This document shows, piece after piece, positions 1 to 10,683 of a DNA stretch of 64,000 nucleotides. The stretch's first letter is position 1, and each line of letters opens with the position of its first letter. The translations under genes were made by a program, and so were the position numbers. Source of the stretch: Candidatus Multivoradales bacterium (lineage in GTDB: Bacteria > Acidobacteriota > Thermoanaerobaculia > Multivoradales > JAHEKO01); assembly GCA_965223155.1 (NCBI GenBank), contig CBDCVR010000014.1, forward strand, positions 480,001 through 544,000, written 5' to 3'. The notes under the pieces were generated by a model. That model did not search any database, had not been told where the DNA came from, and was given only the letters and a program-made list of their open reading frames with translations.

Positions 1-14
1 CTTCCCGAACACAC

Positions 15-1202
15 ATGGGTTCCACGAAACAAGAGCGCAGTGAAGGACTCTGGTTCCTCGAGGGTTTGACGCATGCCGAGGGCGAGCTGCGCAGGATCCC
101 CATCCTGGTGTTCCCGTTCACGATCGGGCGCCGGCCGGAGCTCAGCCTCACCCTGGAGGCCACCGAAATCTCCGGCCGTCACGCCGAGTTCTTTCGGGAG
201 GGCCGCCGGATCATGTTGCGGGACATGGACAGCACCAACGGCACCTTCATCAACGGCAAGCGCTTCCGGGGAGAATGCCAGGTCCACAAGGGAGATCTCA
301 TCAACTTCGCTCGTCTCGAGTTTCGCCTGGGGGTGGTCGACTCCGAGGACGCGGAGTCCTTGCTCGCCCAGACCATCGCGGTCGATACCGATCTGCCCGA
401 CTCGATGCTCGACAAGGGGCGGATCCTGCAGGAGCTGATGAAGCGGCGGGCGGTCGCCTCCGCCTTCCAGCCCATCGTCCATCTGTCCGACCGCAGCCTG
501 TTCGGCTATGAGGTCTTGGGACGAGCCGAAGTCGACGGAGCCACGGCGCGGTTGAGCGAGCTCTTCGGAGCCGCCAAGATCCTGGGAGCCGAGGCCGCTC
601 TGAGCCGCTTGTTCCGGCAACGGTCGGCCTTCGATTGCAGCTCCCTCCCCTCGGGCACCAGGCTCTTCATCAATACCCACCCCAAGGAGATGGGCACCAA
701 GGATCTGGTGGCCTCGCTCGAGGAATTCCGGCGCATCGCGCCCGAGCTCAAGCCGGTCCTGGAGATCCACGAAGCGGCGGTCACCGACCCCGAGGAGATG
801 CTCGAGCTCAATCAGACGTTACGCTCCCTCGGCTTCCAGCTCGCCTACGACGACTTCGGCGCCGGTCAGGCCCGCCTGATCGAGCTGGCCGAGGTGCCGC
901 CCGACTATCTCAAGTTCGACATCAGCCTGATTCGAGCGATCGACCAAGCCTCGACGGCCAAGCACACGATCCTGGAGCGGATGGTGTCGATGGCTCTCGA
1001 ACTGGGCATCGTACCCATCGCCGAAGGCGTCGAGAGCGAGCCCGAGGCTCGAATCTGCCAAGGAATCGGCTTCGCCCTGGGCCAGGGCTACCTTTTCGGG
1101 ACACCAGCACCGGCCGACCAGATCGCCGGCTCGCCCACGGCGACTTCGACCGGCGAATCGGCCGGCGAACCGGCCGGCGAACCGGGCGGCCAGTCCGGCT
1201 GA
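15..1202 (+). CDS. FHA domain + EAL c-di-GMP phosphodiesterase
   Basis: N-terminal FHA motifs (FTIGR, ISGRHA, STNGTFING). EAL motifs GYEVLGR, DDFGAG, KFD, AEGVE and QGY are intact. Confidence 0.9.
   Translation: MGSTKQERSEGLWFLEGLTHAEGELRRIPILVFPFTIGRRPELSLTLEATEISGRHAEFFREGRRIMLRDMDSTNGTFINGKRFRGECQVHKGDLINFARLEFRLGVVDSEDAESLLAQTIAVDTDLPDSMLDKGRILQELMKRRAVASAFQPIVHLSDRSLFGYEVLGRAEVDGATARLSELFGAAKILGAEAALSRLFRQRSAFDCSSLPSGTRLFINTHPKEMGTKDLVASLEEFRRIAPELKPVLEIHEAAVTDPEEMLELNQTLRSLGFQLAYDDFGAGQARLIELAEVPPDYLKFDISLIRAIDQASTAKHTILERMVSMALELGIVPIAEGVESEPEARICQGIGFALGQGYLFGTPAPADQIAGSPTATSTGESAGEPAGEPGGQSG
1150..1185 (+). repeat. 3 x 12-bp tandem repeat CCGGCGAA(T/C)CGG in the C-terminal tail of the FHA-EAL gene
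   Basis: ccggcgaatcgg-ccggcgaaccgg-ccggcgaaccgg, encoding GESA-GEPA-GEPG. Confidence 0.85.
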
Positions 1203-1213
1203 CGGGAGCGTCG

Positions 1214-3205
1214 ATGCCGCGTCTGCTGCGCCGCCTGACCTCGTCGCTGCTCTTCCGGGTGGCGCTCACGTTGAGCCTGGTGGGCCTGGTGCCTGTAGGC
1301 ATCCTCGCCTACCGGCTGATCGACATCAACAGCGACGCGATGACCGAGCAGGTGCAGGAGACCCATGGCCGCCTCGCCCGCTCGACCGCCGATCAGATCG
1401 CGGCCAAGGTTTCGGCGCTCCAGGCTCTGGCGGGCAGCGTCGCTCGGAACGGAGCCTTGGCGGATCCCCGATCCAACGAAGTGCGGCAGTTGCTGGCCGC
1501 GAACCTGAGCGCCTGGACCGAGGCCGGCGTCGCGGCTGTCGCCATCGTCACCCCGGCCGGCGAAATCGTCCTCAAAGCCCAGCTCAGCGACGATCGGGTG
1601 CGCGCCTGGGTGGATACGCTGTTCGCCGCGGACGCAAACCATCGAGTCCTCGCCGCGGCCGTCGGCGACGACTTCGCGGTTCGCATCTCGGAGCCGATGA
1701 CCAGCTCCCGTGGCTTCGTCTGGCTAGTCGCCGACGCCTCGTTCGTAGCGCAGGCGCTCCACAACTACGAGCTCGGCCGCAAGGCCGAGCTGACGCTGGC
1801 GACGCGAGACGGCGAGGCGGTCATCGGATCGCTCGAAGGCCAGCCGGCCGAGCTGCTCGAGGCCGCTCGGAATCCCTGGGTCGAGGGCGTCGATCCGGTC
1901 TACTTCGACGGCGACGTCGGCTACATCGGCGCGCACGCCCCGGTCGAAGGCACCGATTGGGTGGTGCTGACACGCCAACCCCTGGTGGTGGCGCACGCAG
2001 TCGCGGAGACAATGCGCCGGCAGGCGCGATTCGCCGTGGCCCTGGTGGCGGCGGCGGTGCTGGTGCTGTCGGCCCTTGCGTACGCGTCCCTGATCCGCCC
2101 GCTGCGTCAGCTCGCGGCCGCCCAGCGACGCCTGGCGGGCGTGGGCGGCTCGGCCGTGGGGGGTGAGATCGGGCTTCTCAAGGCCTCCTTCGAAGCGCTC
2201 GAGCAGAGAATCAGCGAGCAGCAGGCGCTGGACGAGGTCTTCCTGGGCCGGTACCAAGTGCGCAGGGTCCTGGGATCGGGCGCGATGGGCACGGTCTTTC
2301 TGGGTTTCGATCCCAAGCTGAAACGTCCGTTGGCACTCAAGACCCTGCGCGTCGACCGTGAGTTCTCCAGCAGCAAGCGCAAGGAGCTGCTGAAGCGATT
2401 GCTTCAGGAGGCGGTCACCACCGCCAAGTTCAACCATCCCAACATCGTCGCGGTCTACGATGTCGAAGAAGGCGAAGACGCCGCTTTCGTGGCCATGGAA
2501 TACGTCGAAGGCACCAGTCTCGAACGCCACGTCTGGCGGGAAGGGCGCCTCGACGCCAGGCAAACCATCGCACTGGGTAGCCGCATCGCATCCGGTCTCG
2601 CCGTCGCGCACGAGTACGATCTCGTGCACCGGGACATCAAGCCCGCCAACATCCTGCTGGGAACGGACGGCGGCATCAAGATCACGGATTTCGGTATCGC
2701 CGAGTTCCTGAGCTCGATGTCCGAGCGCCAGGACGTCGTCTTCGGCACTCCGGGCTATCTTCCTCCCGAGGCCCTACGGGGCAAGGGCCACGATACGTCG
2801 AGCGACCTATTCGCGCTCGGTGCGGTGCTCTATTTCAGCCTTACCGGCGACCGTCCCTTCGAGGGCAAGACGGTCAAGGACATCATCCGGAAAACCTTGT
2901 TCAGCTCGCCCACCCCACCGACCCAGGTAATCGGCGAAATGCCCCGGGAGCTCGAGAGCCTGATCATGAGCCTCCTCAGCGCCGAACGCTCCGACCGGCC
3001 GGCAAGCGCCGCTGTGGTTGCCGCCACGCTGGAGCGCCTCGCCCGGCAGACGCACGCGGTCTGGACACCTCCCGAGATCGGATCCGGCGAGATCGACTTT
3101 TTGGAGGATGGCGGCGGCACGAGCCGTACCGGCGCGCCGTCCGCCCCGGCCAGCGCCTTCCTGCCTACCGTCCAACTCACCGCCGAGCGTGACCGGTCCG
3201 CTTGA
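1214..3205 (+). CDS. Membrane Ser/Thr protein kinase: TM, Cache-like sensor, TM, HAMP-like linker, kinase
   Basis: ATG 1214 follows GGAG, 11 nt after the upstream stop. Two hydrophobic helices flank a periplasmic region ending PVEGTDWVVL. IRPLRQLAAA begins a HAMP-like segment. Kinase motifs GSGAMG, ALK, HRDIKPAN, DFG, GTPGYLPPE. Confidence 0.9.
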   Translation: MPRLLRRLTSSLLFRVALTLSLVGLVPVGILAYRLIDINSDAMTEQVQETHGRLARSTADQIAAKVSALQALAGSVARNGALADPRSNEVRQLLAANLSAWTEAGVAAVAIVTPAGEIVLKAQLSDDRVRAWVDTLFAADANHRVLAAAVGDDFAVRISEPMTSSRGFVWLVADASFVAQALHNYELGRKAELTLATRDGEAVIGSLEGQPAELLEAARNPWVEGVDPVYFDGDVGYIGAHAPVEGTDWVVLTRQPLVVAHAVAETMRRQARFAVALVAAAVLVLSALAYASLIRPLRQLAAAQRRLAGVGGSAVGGEIGLLKASFEALEQRISEQQALDEVFLGRYQVRRVLGSGAMGTVFLGFDPKLKRPLALKTLRVDREFSSSKRKELLKRLLQEAVTTAKFNHPNIVAVYDVEEGEDAAFVAMEYVEGTSLERHVWREGRLDARQTIALGSRIASGLAVAHEYDLVHRDIKPANILLGTDGGIKITDFGIAEFLSSMSERQDVVFGTPGYLPPEALRGKGHDTSSDLFALGAVLYFSLTGDRPFEGKTVKDIIRKTLFSSPTPPTQVIGEMPRELESLIMSLLSAERSDRPASAAVVAATLERLARQTHAVWTPPEIGSGEIDFLEDGGGTSRTGAPSAPASAFLPTVQLTAERDRSA

Positions 3206-3227
3206 GGCCCGGGGTCCGAACAGCCGG

Positions 3228-5057
3228 CTATTCGGATCCCAGACGCCAGGAAGCGCGGCTCGAGTTCCCCAGGCGATCCCGCGCCTCGGCCACAAGCCGG
3301 TACCCGTCGCGCCGGTTGCCGACCGTTCGAACCACCAGCTCTTCGATGCCGGACAAGCTGTCGTCGGCCCGGACGCCCAGGAAACTGCCTTCCGAGCCGG
3401 ACCGTTGCGCACGCGCGCCGGGCACCTGCAACAGGATCACCGGCGCCTCACCGAGGACACGCGCCGCGCGGTGGCGAGCGTAGAGCCCTTTCACCCAGGA
3501 GCGGTCCCGCACGGTTGGATCGAAGACCACGCGCTCGTTGCCCCAGCCCAGAACCGTCCATGCCGGCCGGCGCCCGCGCTCGGCCTGGCGGTCGTTGTAG
3601 CCGGCGGCTCGCCGGTCCCACCACTGCGCCGAATCGTCCAGTCCGGAGCCCGAGCCGAACTCGGAAAGAACCTCGTCGCCCCCCAGCCGCCACGTCAGCG
3701 TCGGCGAATCGGCATCGACGAAGAACGTCGCCACCGGAAGCTCGCCGCGGTTGCCGACACCGTCTTCGGCGCTGACCCGTACTTCATGTTCCCCCGTGGC
3801 CCACTGGGTGGGCAGCGCCTCCGGATCGACGTCGGCTCCGTTCACGTACGGGGTCCAGGAGGCCACGCCGCTCGGGTCCTCCACCGTCACCGAGAGCCGC
3901 GCCGCGGGTGTGTAGTAGATCCTCCCGTCCTGCCCCTTCGCGGTCAGGCCCGTCACCCGGATCTCGCCGGTGGGAGCGTCGATTTCGGCCCGTTCCGGCC
4001 GAATCGAAACCGGCCGGGCCGCCGACGGAAAGCCGTCGAGGCCGGTCGCGCCGGTCGCGGTCACCCGCCAGTAGGCGTCCCCCACCGGCAGCCGCTCGGC
4101 GCTCCAGACGGTATCTTCGAGGCCCGTCCTGCGGGCCAGAAGTGCCTGGCAGCCAGCATCCCGGCAGACCTCGACCGCATAGCCGGCGGCGTCCGTCACC
4201 GGCTGCCAGCGGAACTCGACGAAGCCATTGTCGAGCGCGCCGCCTGGAGCCGGAGCCAGTGGCTCAGGCGCGGCCAGGAGCTTCTCGGGCGGCTTGGGCG
4301 GCTCGCCGCTCACGACCACCGTTCCCATGCCGCCGGGCACCGAGATCTTCTGGCCCGCCGCTTCGACTTCGCTCTCGCCTTCATAGACCATGAGATGAGC
4401 GCCATCGTCGGCAGCCTTGCGCAACCGCGCCTCGGCGGCCCCAGAAGGGCTCGGACGCGGAACCGCTCTGGTCTGCCCGATCACGATCTCGATATCGGCC
4501 GCGGGCTCGGCGGTGGCGATGCGCTCCAGGTCCGCCTGGCCCTCGACGATCTCGACCGAGTTTTGCTCGATCCCCGCCAGCGACCTACCGGTCTGCTTGA
4601 GGAAGATGATCGACTCTTCGGTCAGGACCAGATCGGTGCCGTCGTGAAACTGGAGAGCGGTGGACGAAGAGGCGCCGGTACGGACCCCGTCGCTCTCGAC
4701 CATGAGGTCACGCTCGCGCGAGCGGTTCCAGTCGATGGGAGCCGGCCGGCCCTCGACGTCGCCCGAGATCGTGACCAGCCGCGCCGAAGGCACCGAGTTG
4801 GCCGGAGCGATCAGCACCCGCAAGCGCTGTCCCGGAAGCAGCAAGTGAGGATTGCTCACCTCGGGGTTGAGCTTCCAGTTCTCTTCCCAAAGGGCCTCCG
4901 ATCCCAAGTAGTTTCGGGTGATCTCGCGTAGATTTTCGCCTGGCCGTACGATGTGGACGCCCTCTTCGAACCCGGCTGGCACCTGGGCCTGGGCCATCGA
5001 TGCCATGCAAGCGACCGCAAGGAGCAATCCGGTACTTAGAGTACGCATTTCCTTCAC
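3228..5057 (-). CDS. Secreted LysM + FecR-domain protein with Ig/FN3-like C-terminal region
   Basis: AGGAGG precedes the GTG start. Signal peptide ends AQA. LysM motif HIVRPGENLREI..NPEVSNPHLLLPGQRL. FecR-like VRTGASSSTALQFHDGT..VYEGESEV. Confidence 0.8.
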   Translation of the reverse strand: MKEMRTLSTGLLLAVACMASMAQAQVPAGFEEGVHIVRPGENLREITRNYLGSEALWEENWKLNPEVSNPHLLLPGQRLRVLIAPANSVPSARLVTISGDVEGRPAPIDWNRSRERDLMVESDGVRTGASSSTALQFHDGTDLVLTEESIIFLKQTGRSLAGIEQNSVEIVEGQADLERIATAEPAADIEIVIGQTRAVPRPSPSGAAEARLRKAADDGAHLMVYEGESEVEAAGQKISVPGGMGTVVVSGEPPKPPEKLLAAPEPLAPAPGGALDNGFVEFRWQPVTDAAGYAVEVCRDAGCQALLARRTGLEDTVWSAERLPVGDAYWRVTATGATGLDGFPSAARPVSIRPERAEIDAPTGEIRVTGLTAKGQDGRIYYTPAARLSVTVEDPSGVASWTPYVNGADVDPEALPTQWATGEHEVRVSAEDGVGNRGELPVATFFVDADSPTLTWRLGGDEVLSEFGSGSGLDDSAQWWDRRAAGYNDRQAERGRRPAWTVLGWGNERVVFDPTVRDRSWVKGLYARHRAARVLGEAPVILLQVPGARAQRSGSEGSFLGVRADDSLSGIEELVVRTVGNRRDGYRLVAEARDRLGNSSRASWRLGSE

Positions 5058-5235
5058 TGGAGCCCTCCTGAACGACCGATCCTATCCCAGCATTGAGCCC
5101 GGCGCGGACAGCCACATAGAATGCCCGGACCCCGAGCGAATCGCTGCGCCCAACGCGCCCGAGTCGGCCGCGCGAGTCGGATCGGTGGCCGGCGCCGGAA
5201 TCCAATCAAACGATCCCTAACCAGAAAGACAACGC

Positions 5236-8130
5236 ATGACCGATTCCGCTTCGACGACCCCGATTGACGCCTTCGCTCCACGCCATCTGGGCTCGGGTCC
5301 GGAGGAGATCCACGCCATGCTCGACGCCCTGTCGCTGGGGTCGCTCGACGAGCTGGCGGCGGCGGTCGTTCCGGAGGGCATCCGCCTGGACCGGCCCCTC
5401 GACCTGCCCGAACCCCTCGGCGAGAGCTCCGCCACCGAACGGCTGCGTGGCATCGCCGGCCGCAACCGGCCGGCGCGGAGCTTTCAGGGCAGCGGCTACG
5501 TGACCACCCACATGCCCGCTCCCATCCAGCGCAGCGTGCTCGAGAATCCGGGCTGGTATACGCAGTACACGCCCTACCAGGCCGAGATCGCCCAGGGCCG
5601 TCTGGAGGCGCTGGTCAATTTCCAAACCTTGATGACCGAGCTGGCGGGGCTGCCGGTCGCCAACGCCTCGCTCCTGGATGAAGCCACCGCCGCCGCCGAA
5701 GCCATGAGCTTGTGCTGGGCCGCCGCGCGCCGCAAGAAGGACCTGTTGCTGATCGCCCAGGACTGCCATCCGCAGACCCTGGCGGTCGTAGCAACCCGTG
5801 CCGAGCCCCTGGGCATCCGGGTCGAGACGATACGGCCCGCCGAGCTCGAGGCCCCGGCCGACGACGTCTTCGCAGTCCTCGTTCAGTATCCGGCCACCGA
5901 CGGCAGCCTGGGCGACCCCGACCGTTGGCAAGAGGCACTGCGGGAGTCCGGCGCTCGTCTGATCGTCGCCGCCGATCCCATGGCCCTGGTCCTGTTGCGG
6001 CCGCCAGCCGACTTCGGCGCCGACGTCGTGGTTGGCTCGACCCAGCGTTTCGGCCTGCCAATGGCGGGGGGTGGCCCCCACGCCGGCTATCTGGTCACGA
6101 CGAACGAGCTCGAGCGCCTGATTCCGGGACGCATCGCCGGTCTCTCCCGGGACCGCCACGGCGACCCTGCCTACCGCCTGGCGAGACAGACTCGCGAACA
6201 ACACATCCGGCGCGAGAAGGCCACGAGCAACATCTGTACGGCGCAGGTGCTGCCGGCGGTGCTGGCATCGATGTTCGCCGTCTATCACGGCGCTGACGGA
6301 CTCCGCGCGATGGCCGAAGCCACCCACCGCCGCACGGTCGAACTGGCTCGACGCCTGATCGCCCGGGGCTACGCGCTCCGCTACACGGCCTTTTTCGACA
6401 CGCTGCGGATCGAGACACCCGGCGGCCGCGAACGCATCCTGGAGCGAGCCCGCGCGCGCGACATCCTGCTGCGCGCTTACGACGACGACTCGGTCGGCCT
6501 CACCCTGGACGAAGCGGTTACGGAGGGCGAGCTCGAAGCGCTCGCGGCGATCTTAGAGCCCGACGACGCCGGCGAAGCCGGAAACGCCGGCGTGCCGGCG
6601 GACGCCTTGGGGATTCCGACCGACCGGCAGCGCCGGGATTCCTGGCTCGAGCAGGAAGTTTTCGCCCGGTACCGCACCGAGCACGAGCTCCTACGCTACC
6701 TGGAGCGGCTCCGCTCGCGCGATCTCTCGCTGGTCCACTCGATGATCCCACTGGGATCCTGCACGATGAAGCTCAACGCAGCCTCCGAGATGATGCCCAT
6801 CAGTTGGCCGGAGTTCACCGCGGTCCACCCCTTTGCTCCGGCCGAGTTCCAGCAGGGCTACGCACGGCTCTGCTCCGAGCTGGAGACTTGGCTGGCCGAG
6901 CTCACAGGTTTCCATAGCGTCTCGCTTCAGCCCAACGCTGGATCTCAGGGCGAGCTCACCGGCCTCTTGGTAATCCGCGCGTACCACCGATCCCGGGGCG
7001 ACGACGGCCGCGACGTCTGCCTGATCCCGACCTCCGCCCACGGCACCAACCCGGCGAGCGCGGTCATGGCCGGCATGCGGGTCGTGCCGGTTGCCTGCGA
7101 CGCGGCGGGCAACATCGATATGGCCGATCTCGAGGCCGAGGCCGAGGCCCACTCCGACACCCTGGCGGCCCTGATGATCACCTATCCGTCGACCCACGGC
7201 GTCTTCGAGGAGGGGGTGGTTCGCGCCTGCGAGCTGGTCCACCGGCACGGCGGCCAAGTCTACCTCGACGGCGCCAACATGAACGCCCAGCTCGGTCTTT
7301 GCCGGCCGGGCGACTTCGGAGCCGACGTCTGCCATCTCAATCTGCACAAGACGTTCTGCATCCCCCATGGCGGCGGTGGTCCGGGCATGGGACCCATCTG
7401 CGCGGCCGAGCACCTGACGGCCTTCCTGCCCGGGCACCCATCGGTGGACGGCGGGGACGCCTCGGCCAAGGCCATCGGCCCGGTGTCAGCCGCTCCCTGG
7501 GGCAGCCCAGGGATCCTGCCCATCTCCTGGATGTACATCGCCATGATGGGCGCCGCCGGACTGGAAGAGGCCAGCAAGCTGGCGATTCTCAACGCCAATT
7601 ACATGGCGAAACGCCTGGCCGAGCACTATCCGATTCTCTACACCGGCCAAAACGGCTTCGTCGCCCACGAGTTCATCATCGACGTGCGGGAGATCAAGCG
7701 AGCCTGCGGCATCACCGTGGACGATATTGCCAAGCGGCTCATGGATTACGGCTTCCACGCTCCCACCATGTCCTGGCCGGTCGCCGAGACCATGATGATC
7801 GAGCCCACCGAATCCGAGTCCCAGGCCGAGCTAGATCGATTCTGCGACGCGATGATCGCGATTCGCGAAGAGATTCGAGAGATCGAAGCTGGTACCGCCG
7901 ACCCCGAGAACAATCTGCTGCGCAACGCTCCCCACACCGCTGAGGAGATCGCGGCCGACGACTGGGCTCACCCGTACCCGCGCTCCCGGGCGGCTTTCCC
8001 GAATGCCGCCACCCGAGAGAGCAAGTTCTGGCCACCCGTAGGCAGGATCGACAACACCTTTGGCGACCGCCACCTGGTCTGTTCCTGCGACACGGTCGAA
8101 GCCTACGCCGCCCTCACCGATCAGGGATGA
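5236..8130 (+). CDS. gcvP: Glycine dehydrogenase (decarboxylating), single-chain P protein
   Basis: [44 protein letters not shown] lysine in [15 protein letters not shown]. 964 aa. Confidence 0.97.
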   Translation: MTDSASTTPIDAFAPRHLGSGPEEIHAMLDALSLGSLDELAAAVVPEGIRLDRPLDLPEPLGESSATERLRGIAGRNRPARSFQGSGYVTTHMPAPIQRSVLENPGWYTQYTPYQAEIAQGRLEALVNFQTLMTELAGLPVANASLLDEATAAAEAMSLCWAAARRKKDLLLIAQDCHPQTLAVVATRAEPLGIRVETIRPAELEAPADDVFAVLVQYPATDGSLGDPDRWQEALRESGARLIVAADPMALVLLRPPADFGADVVVGSTQRFGLPMAGGGPHAGYLVTTNELERLIPGRIAGLSRDRHGDPAYRLARQTREQHIRREKATSNICTAQVLPAVLASMFAVYHGADGLRAMAEATHRRTVELARRLIARGYALRYTAFFDTLRIETPGGRERILERARARDILLRAYDDDSVGLTLDEAVTEGELEALAAILEPDDAGEAGNAGVPADALGIPTDRQRRDSWLEQEVFARYRTEHELLRYLERLRSRDLSLVHSMIPLGSCTMKLNAASEMMPISWPEFTAVHPFAPAEFQQGYARLCSELETWLAELTGFHSVSLQPNAGSQGELTGLLVIRAYHRSRGDDGRDVCLIPTSAHGTNPASAVMAGMRVVPVACDAAGNIDMADLEAEAEAHSDTLAALMITYPSTHGVFEEGVVRACELVHRHGGQVYLDGANMNAQLGLCRPGDFGADVCHLNLHKTFCIPHGGGGPGMGPICAAEHLTAFLPGHPSVDGGDASAKAIGPVSAAPWGSPGILPISWMYIAMMGAAGLEEASKLAILNANYMAKRLAEHYPILYTGQNGFVAHEFIIDVREIKRACGITVDDIAKRLMDYGFHAPTMSWPVAETMMIEPTESESQAELDRFCDAMIAIREEIREIEAGTADPENNLLRNAPHTAEEIAADDWAHPYPRSRAAFPNAATRESKFWPPVGRIDNTFGDRHLVCSCDTVEAYAALTDQG

Positions 8131-8134
8131 GGAC

Positions 8135-8160
8135 AGAGGCCCGGCCGAAGCCGGGGCTCT
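8135..8160. terminator. Hairpin between convergent gcvP and beta-barrel genes
   Basis: AGAGgCCCGGC-cgaa-GCCGGGgCTCT. No clear U-tract. Confidence 0.45.
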
Positions 8161-8197
8161 CAAAATCGATTCTTGCTGGCTGTCGCCGAGCGCCGAG

Positions 8198-8821
8198 CTA
8201 GAAGCGGAAGCGCAGCCCGACGTAGGCCTTGCCTTCGAGCTCGTCGCGATCATCGTCGACAAGGTCGAACCGGCCCACGCCGAAGAAACTGACATTGTCG
8301 CTGACGCTCACATCGACTCCGAAGTGCGCGTTGGCGCCAAGAGCCGAGTCGCTGTCGTCGTCGATGTCGGGTAGATCGAAGTCGGTGTCGGTGAAGTGAA
8401 GCCCCAGGCCACCGCCGACGAAGAACTCGACGGCATTGAACGGGATCGCACCCACGATGTTGAGACCGACCAGGGTGTCGCTCGACACGTCGCCGTCCCA
8501 GTGACCGATCTCGGGCTCCAGATAGCCCTGAAAGCCGGCACTGGTCGAAGAGCTGTGAGCGTTGCGATCCCCGAAGGGAATGCGGACGTTGATGGTGTAG
8601 TACTGCTCGACATCGTCATCCGAGACGATGCGGCCGCCTTCGATGACGTTGTCGCCCAGCTCGACCAGACCCAAACCTATTCCGATCGACCAATCTCGAT
8701 CCTCGTCGTCGTAGTCCTCTTCGAGGTAGACCTTCTCTTCTTCGGTGGCGTCCTCAGCGAACACGCCGGGGACCGGCGCGAACAGCATCGCCAGAGCCGT
8801 CATCAGAATAAACCGCTTCAT
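8198..8821 (-). CDS. Outer-membrane beta-barrel protein (small, OmpA-like transmembrane family)
   Basis: AAGGAGG precedes ATG 8821. Signal peptide ends VFA. Alternating beta-strand pattern with C-terminal YVGLRFRF (BAM-type terminal Phe). Confidence 0.85.
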   Translation of the reverse strand: MKRFILMTALAMLFAPVPGVFAEDATEEEKVYLEEDYDDEDRDWSIGIGLGLVELGDNVIEGGRIVSDDDVEQYYTINVRIPFGDRNAHSSSTSAGFQGYLEPEIGHWDGDVSSDTLVGLNIVGAIPFNAVEFFVGGGLGLHFTDTDFDLPDIDDDSDSALGANAHFGVDVSVSDNVSFFGVGRFDLVDDDRDELEGKAYVGLRFRF

Positions 8822-8931
8822 CAGTACCTCCTTCGATCGCATCTGCTTTGGCTGGGGTTGTTCCGGCGAACTCCGAGACCCACGCACCATAGCACAGGTC
8901 GGGAGCTTCGAAAGATAGTCCCGTTCACAGG

Positions 8932-10449
8932 CTAGTAGTCCCGGTTTCGCAGCCCCTGGCCCCAGCGCTCGAGCTCCTGGCGAGCCAGGTCCCGGCCTCC
9001 CATACCGAAGGCGAGGGCCGCGGCGACCGCGGCGGCGCCCAGAACCAGGCCGAAGGCCATGTTGATGATGTCCTCGGCGACGTCCATCTGCCGGAGCGCC
9101 ATCGCGCCCGCCAGCACCAAGATCGCCACCTTGGCGGCGGTGGCGAGAAGCGTGCTCTGGCCGCTCGACTGGATCGCCCGAGCGGCGAGATTGGCAAGGT
9201 AGAGCCCGAGTCCGAAGATCACGACACCCAGGAGCACGTTGAAGAAGAAGCCGATGAACGAGGCCATGAGAGCCGCGAGCTGAGCAAAACCTAGAAGCTC
9301 GAGTGCCTCCATCGTGGCGAAAAGCATGACCGCGACCACCACTAGGTGGCCGATGAGACCCGAGGCACCGCCGTCCGCATCGTCGCTCGAAAAGGAAAAG
9401 CCGAGACGATCGAGCAGGCCGTCGAAACCGGCGGCGCGCAGCAGATTGGCAACCAGGCCCGCGACCATTCGGCTGATGACGTAGGCGATCGCCAGAATCA
9501 GGGCCGCGCCGAAGAGATTCGGCAGGGCGCTCAGGATCTGGTCCAGCATCTGACTGGCCGGCCGGGTGATGTCGTCCAGCTTGAGAGCTCCGAGCGCCTG
9601 CACCAGTACCGGGATCAGAACCAAGGTGTAGACCAAGAGGCCCACGAGGCCGGAGAGCTTCTGGCGGCCGAGGGCCTGATCCAGGCCGGCCTTCTCGCCG
9701 ATCGAATCCAGACCGGACGCGGCCAGCAAGCTGGTCACGACCCGGCGCAGAATCCGCGCAATGAACCAACCGACCAGGAAGATCACCACCGCGCCGAACA
9801 GGTTGGGAATGAAGCCCACTAGCTTTTCGACCATTCCTTGAATCGGATCCAGCAGGCCGTGGAGCTGCAGGGCCCCGAGAACCGCCGGCAGGAAGAGCAG
9901 GAAGATGAGCCAGTAGACGGTCTCCGACAGAGTCTTCGACACAGGCACCGGCCGTTCGCCCTCTTCTTCAAGCCCCTCGCCGCCGAGCCGTTGATCGAGG
10001 CCCACGACGTCCAGTCCCTTGCGCACCACCAGGCGCAAACCGGTGGCCAGAATCCAAGCGACCAGCAACAGGGCCAGAGCCTTGATGATGTTGGGCAGAG
10101 CGCCCAGGATGCCCGTCACCATGTTCTCGAGCGGCTCGGACACGGTGGTCAGTTGCAGCGCCGTAAAGAAACCGATGACGACGAAGATCATCAAGAACCA
10201 GAAGACGATGCGGCTGATGGCCGGCTCAATGTCCGGCGCGGGCTCGTCGCTGCCTCGCACCCAGGCGGCGATCCGGTTGTCGATCTCGGTCCGCTGTAGC
10301 GCCGCTCGAATCAGACGCGAGATCAGATACGCCGCCAGCCATCCCAGAATCAAAATCGCCAGGGCCGCCAGCAGGCGCGGCAGGTAGGCACCGACCTCCC
10401 CGAGGAGGTTCTCGCCCATGGCACTCAAGTTCGCGCGAAGGTCGCTCAT
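8932..10449 (-). CDS. TM-helix-repeat membrane protein (CmpX / MscS-associated family)
   Basis: AAGGAG RBS. About five repeats of LP(N/R)LxxAxxIxxxGW with (G/E)LD turns. C-terminal AAALAFGMGGRDLA. Confidence 0.8.
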   Translation of the reverse strand: MSDLRANLSAMGENLLGEVGAYLPRLLAALAILILGWLAAYLISRLIRAALQRTEIDNRIAAWVRGSDEPAPDIEPAISRIVFWFLMIFVVIGFFTALQLTTVSEPLENMVTGILGALPNIIKALALLLVAWILATGLRLVVRKGLDVVGLDQRLGGEGLEEEGERPVPVSKTLSETVYWLIFLLFLPAVLGALQLHGLLDPIQGMVEKLVGFIPNLFGAVVIFLVGWFIARILRRVVTSLLAASGLDSIGEKAGLDQALGRQKLSGLVGLLVYTLVLIPVLVQALGALKLDDITRPASQMLDQILSALPNLFGAALILAIAYVISRMVAGLVANLLRAAGFDGLLDRLGFSFSSDDADGGASGLIGHLVVVAVMLFATMEALELLGFAQLAALMASFIGFFFNVLLGVVIFGLGLYLANLAARAIQSSGQSTLLATAAKVAILVLAGAMALRQMDVAEDIINMAFGLVLGAAAVAAALAFGMGGRDLARQELERWGQGLRNRDY

Positions 10450-10683
10450 GATAACTCCTTTAAACGATGAAACTTATCGCGCGGGTCCCCGCGAGGATCC
10501 GCGTATCTGGCTTGTATTCGGTACCCCATCAAGGGAAGTCAAAGTATAGCGAAAGAATGCTTGTCCGGCTGGGTGGAGTTGTGGTGTATGATCGGCGTTC
10601 ATCTACAGGGCGCGCCTCTTCCCGATAGTTGCACGCAACGGGAGCTGCGACCCCTCGGTACCTGTCCTAAAGGAGGGAAACAC

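Noticed and set aside
635-1213. Long N-terminal extensions in the ORF track (also 11611-12003, 15135-15782, 25864-27396, 51154-51873, 51633-52925, 8822-9769)
   Set aside because: They overlap neighbouring real genes and are Arg/Pro-rich nonsense. Better starts with an SD, a -10 layout or stop-start coupling exist downstream.
5060-5235. Possible glycine riboswitch upstream of gcvP
   Set aside because: No GGAGA..CCGAAG..CTCTCAGG aptamer core is visible. gcvT and gcvH are also absent from this locus.
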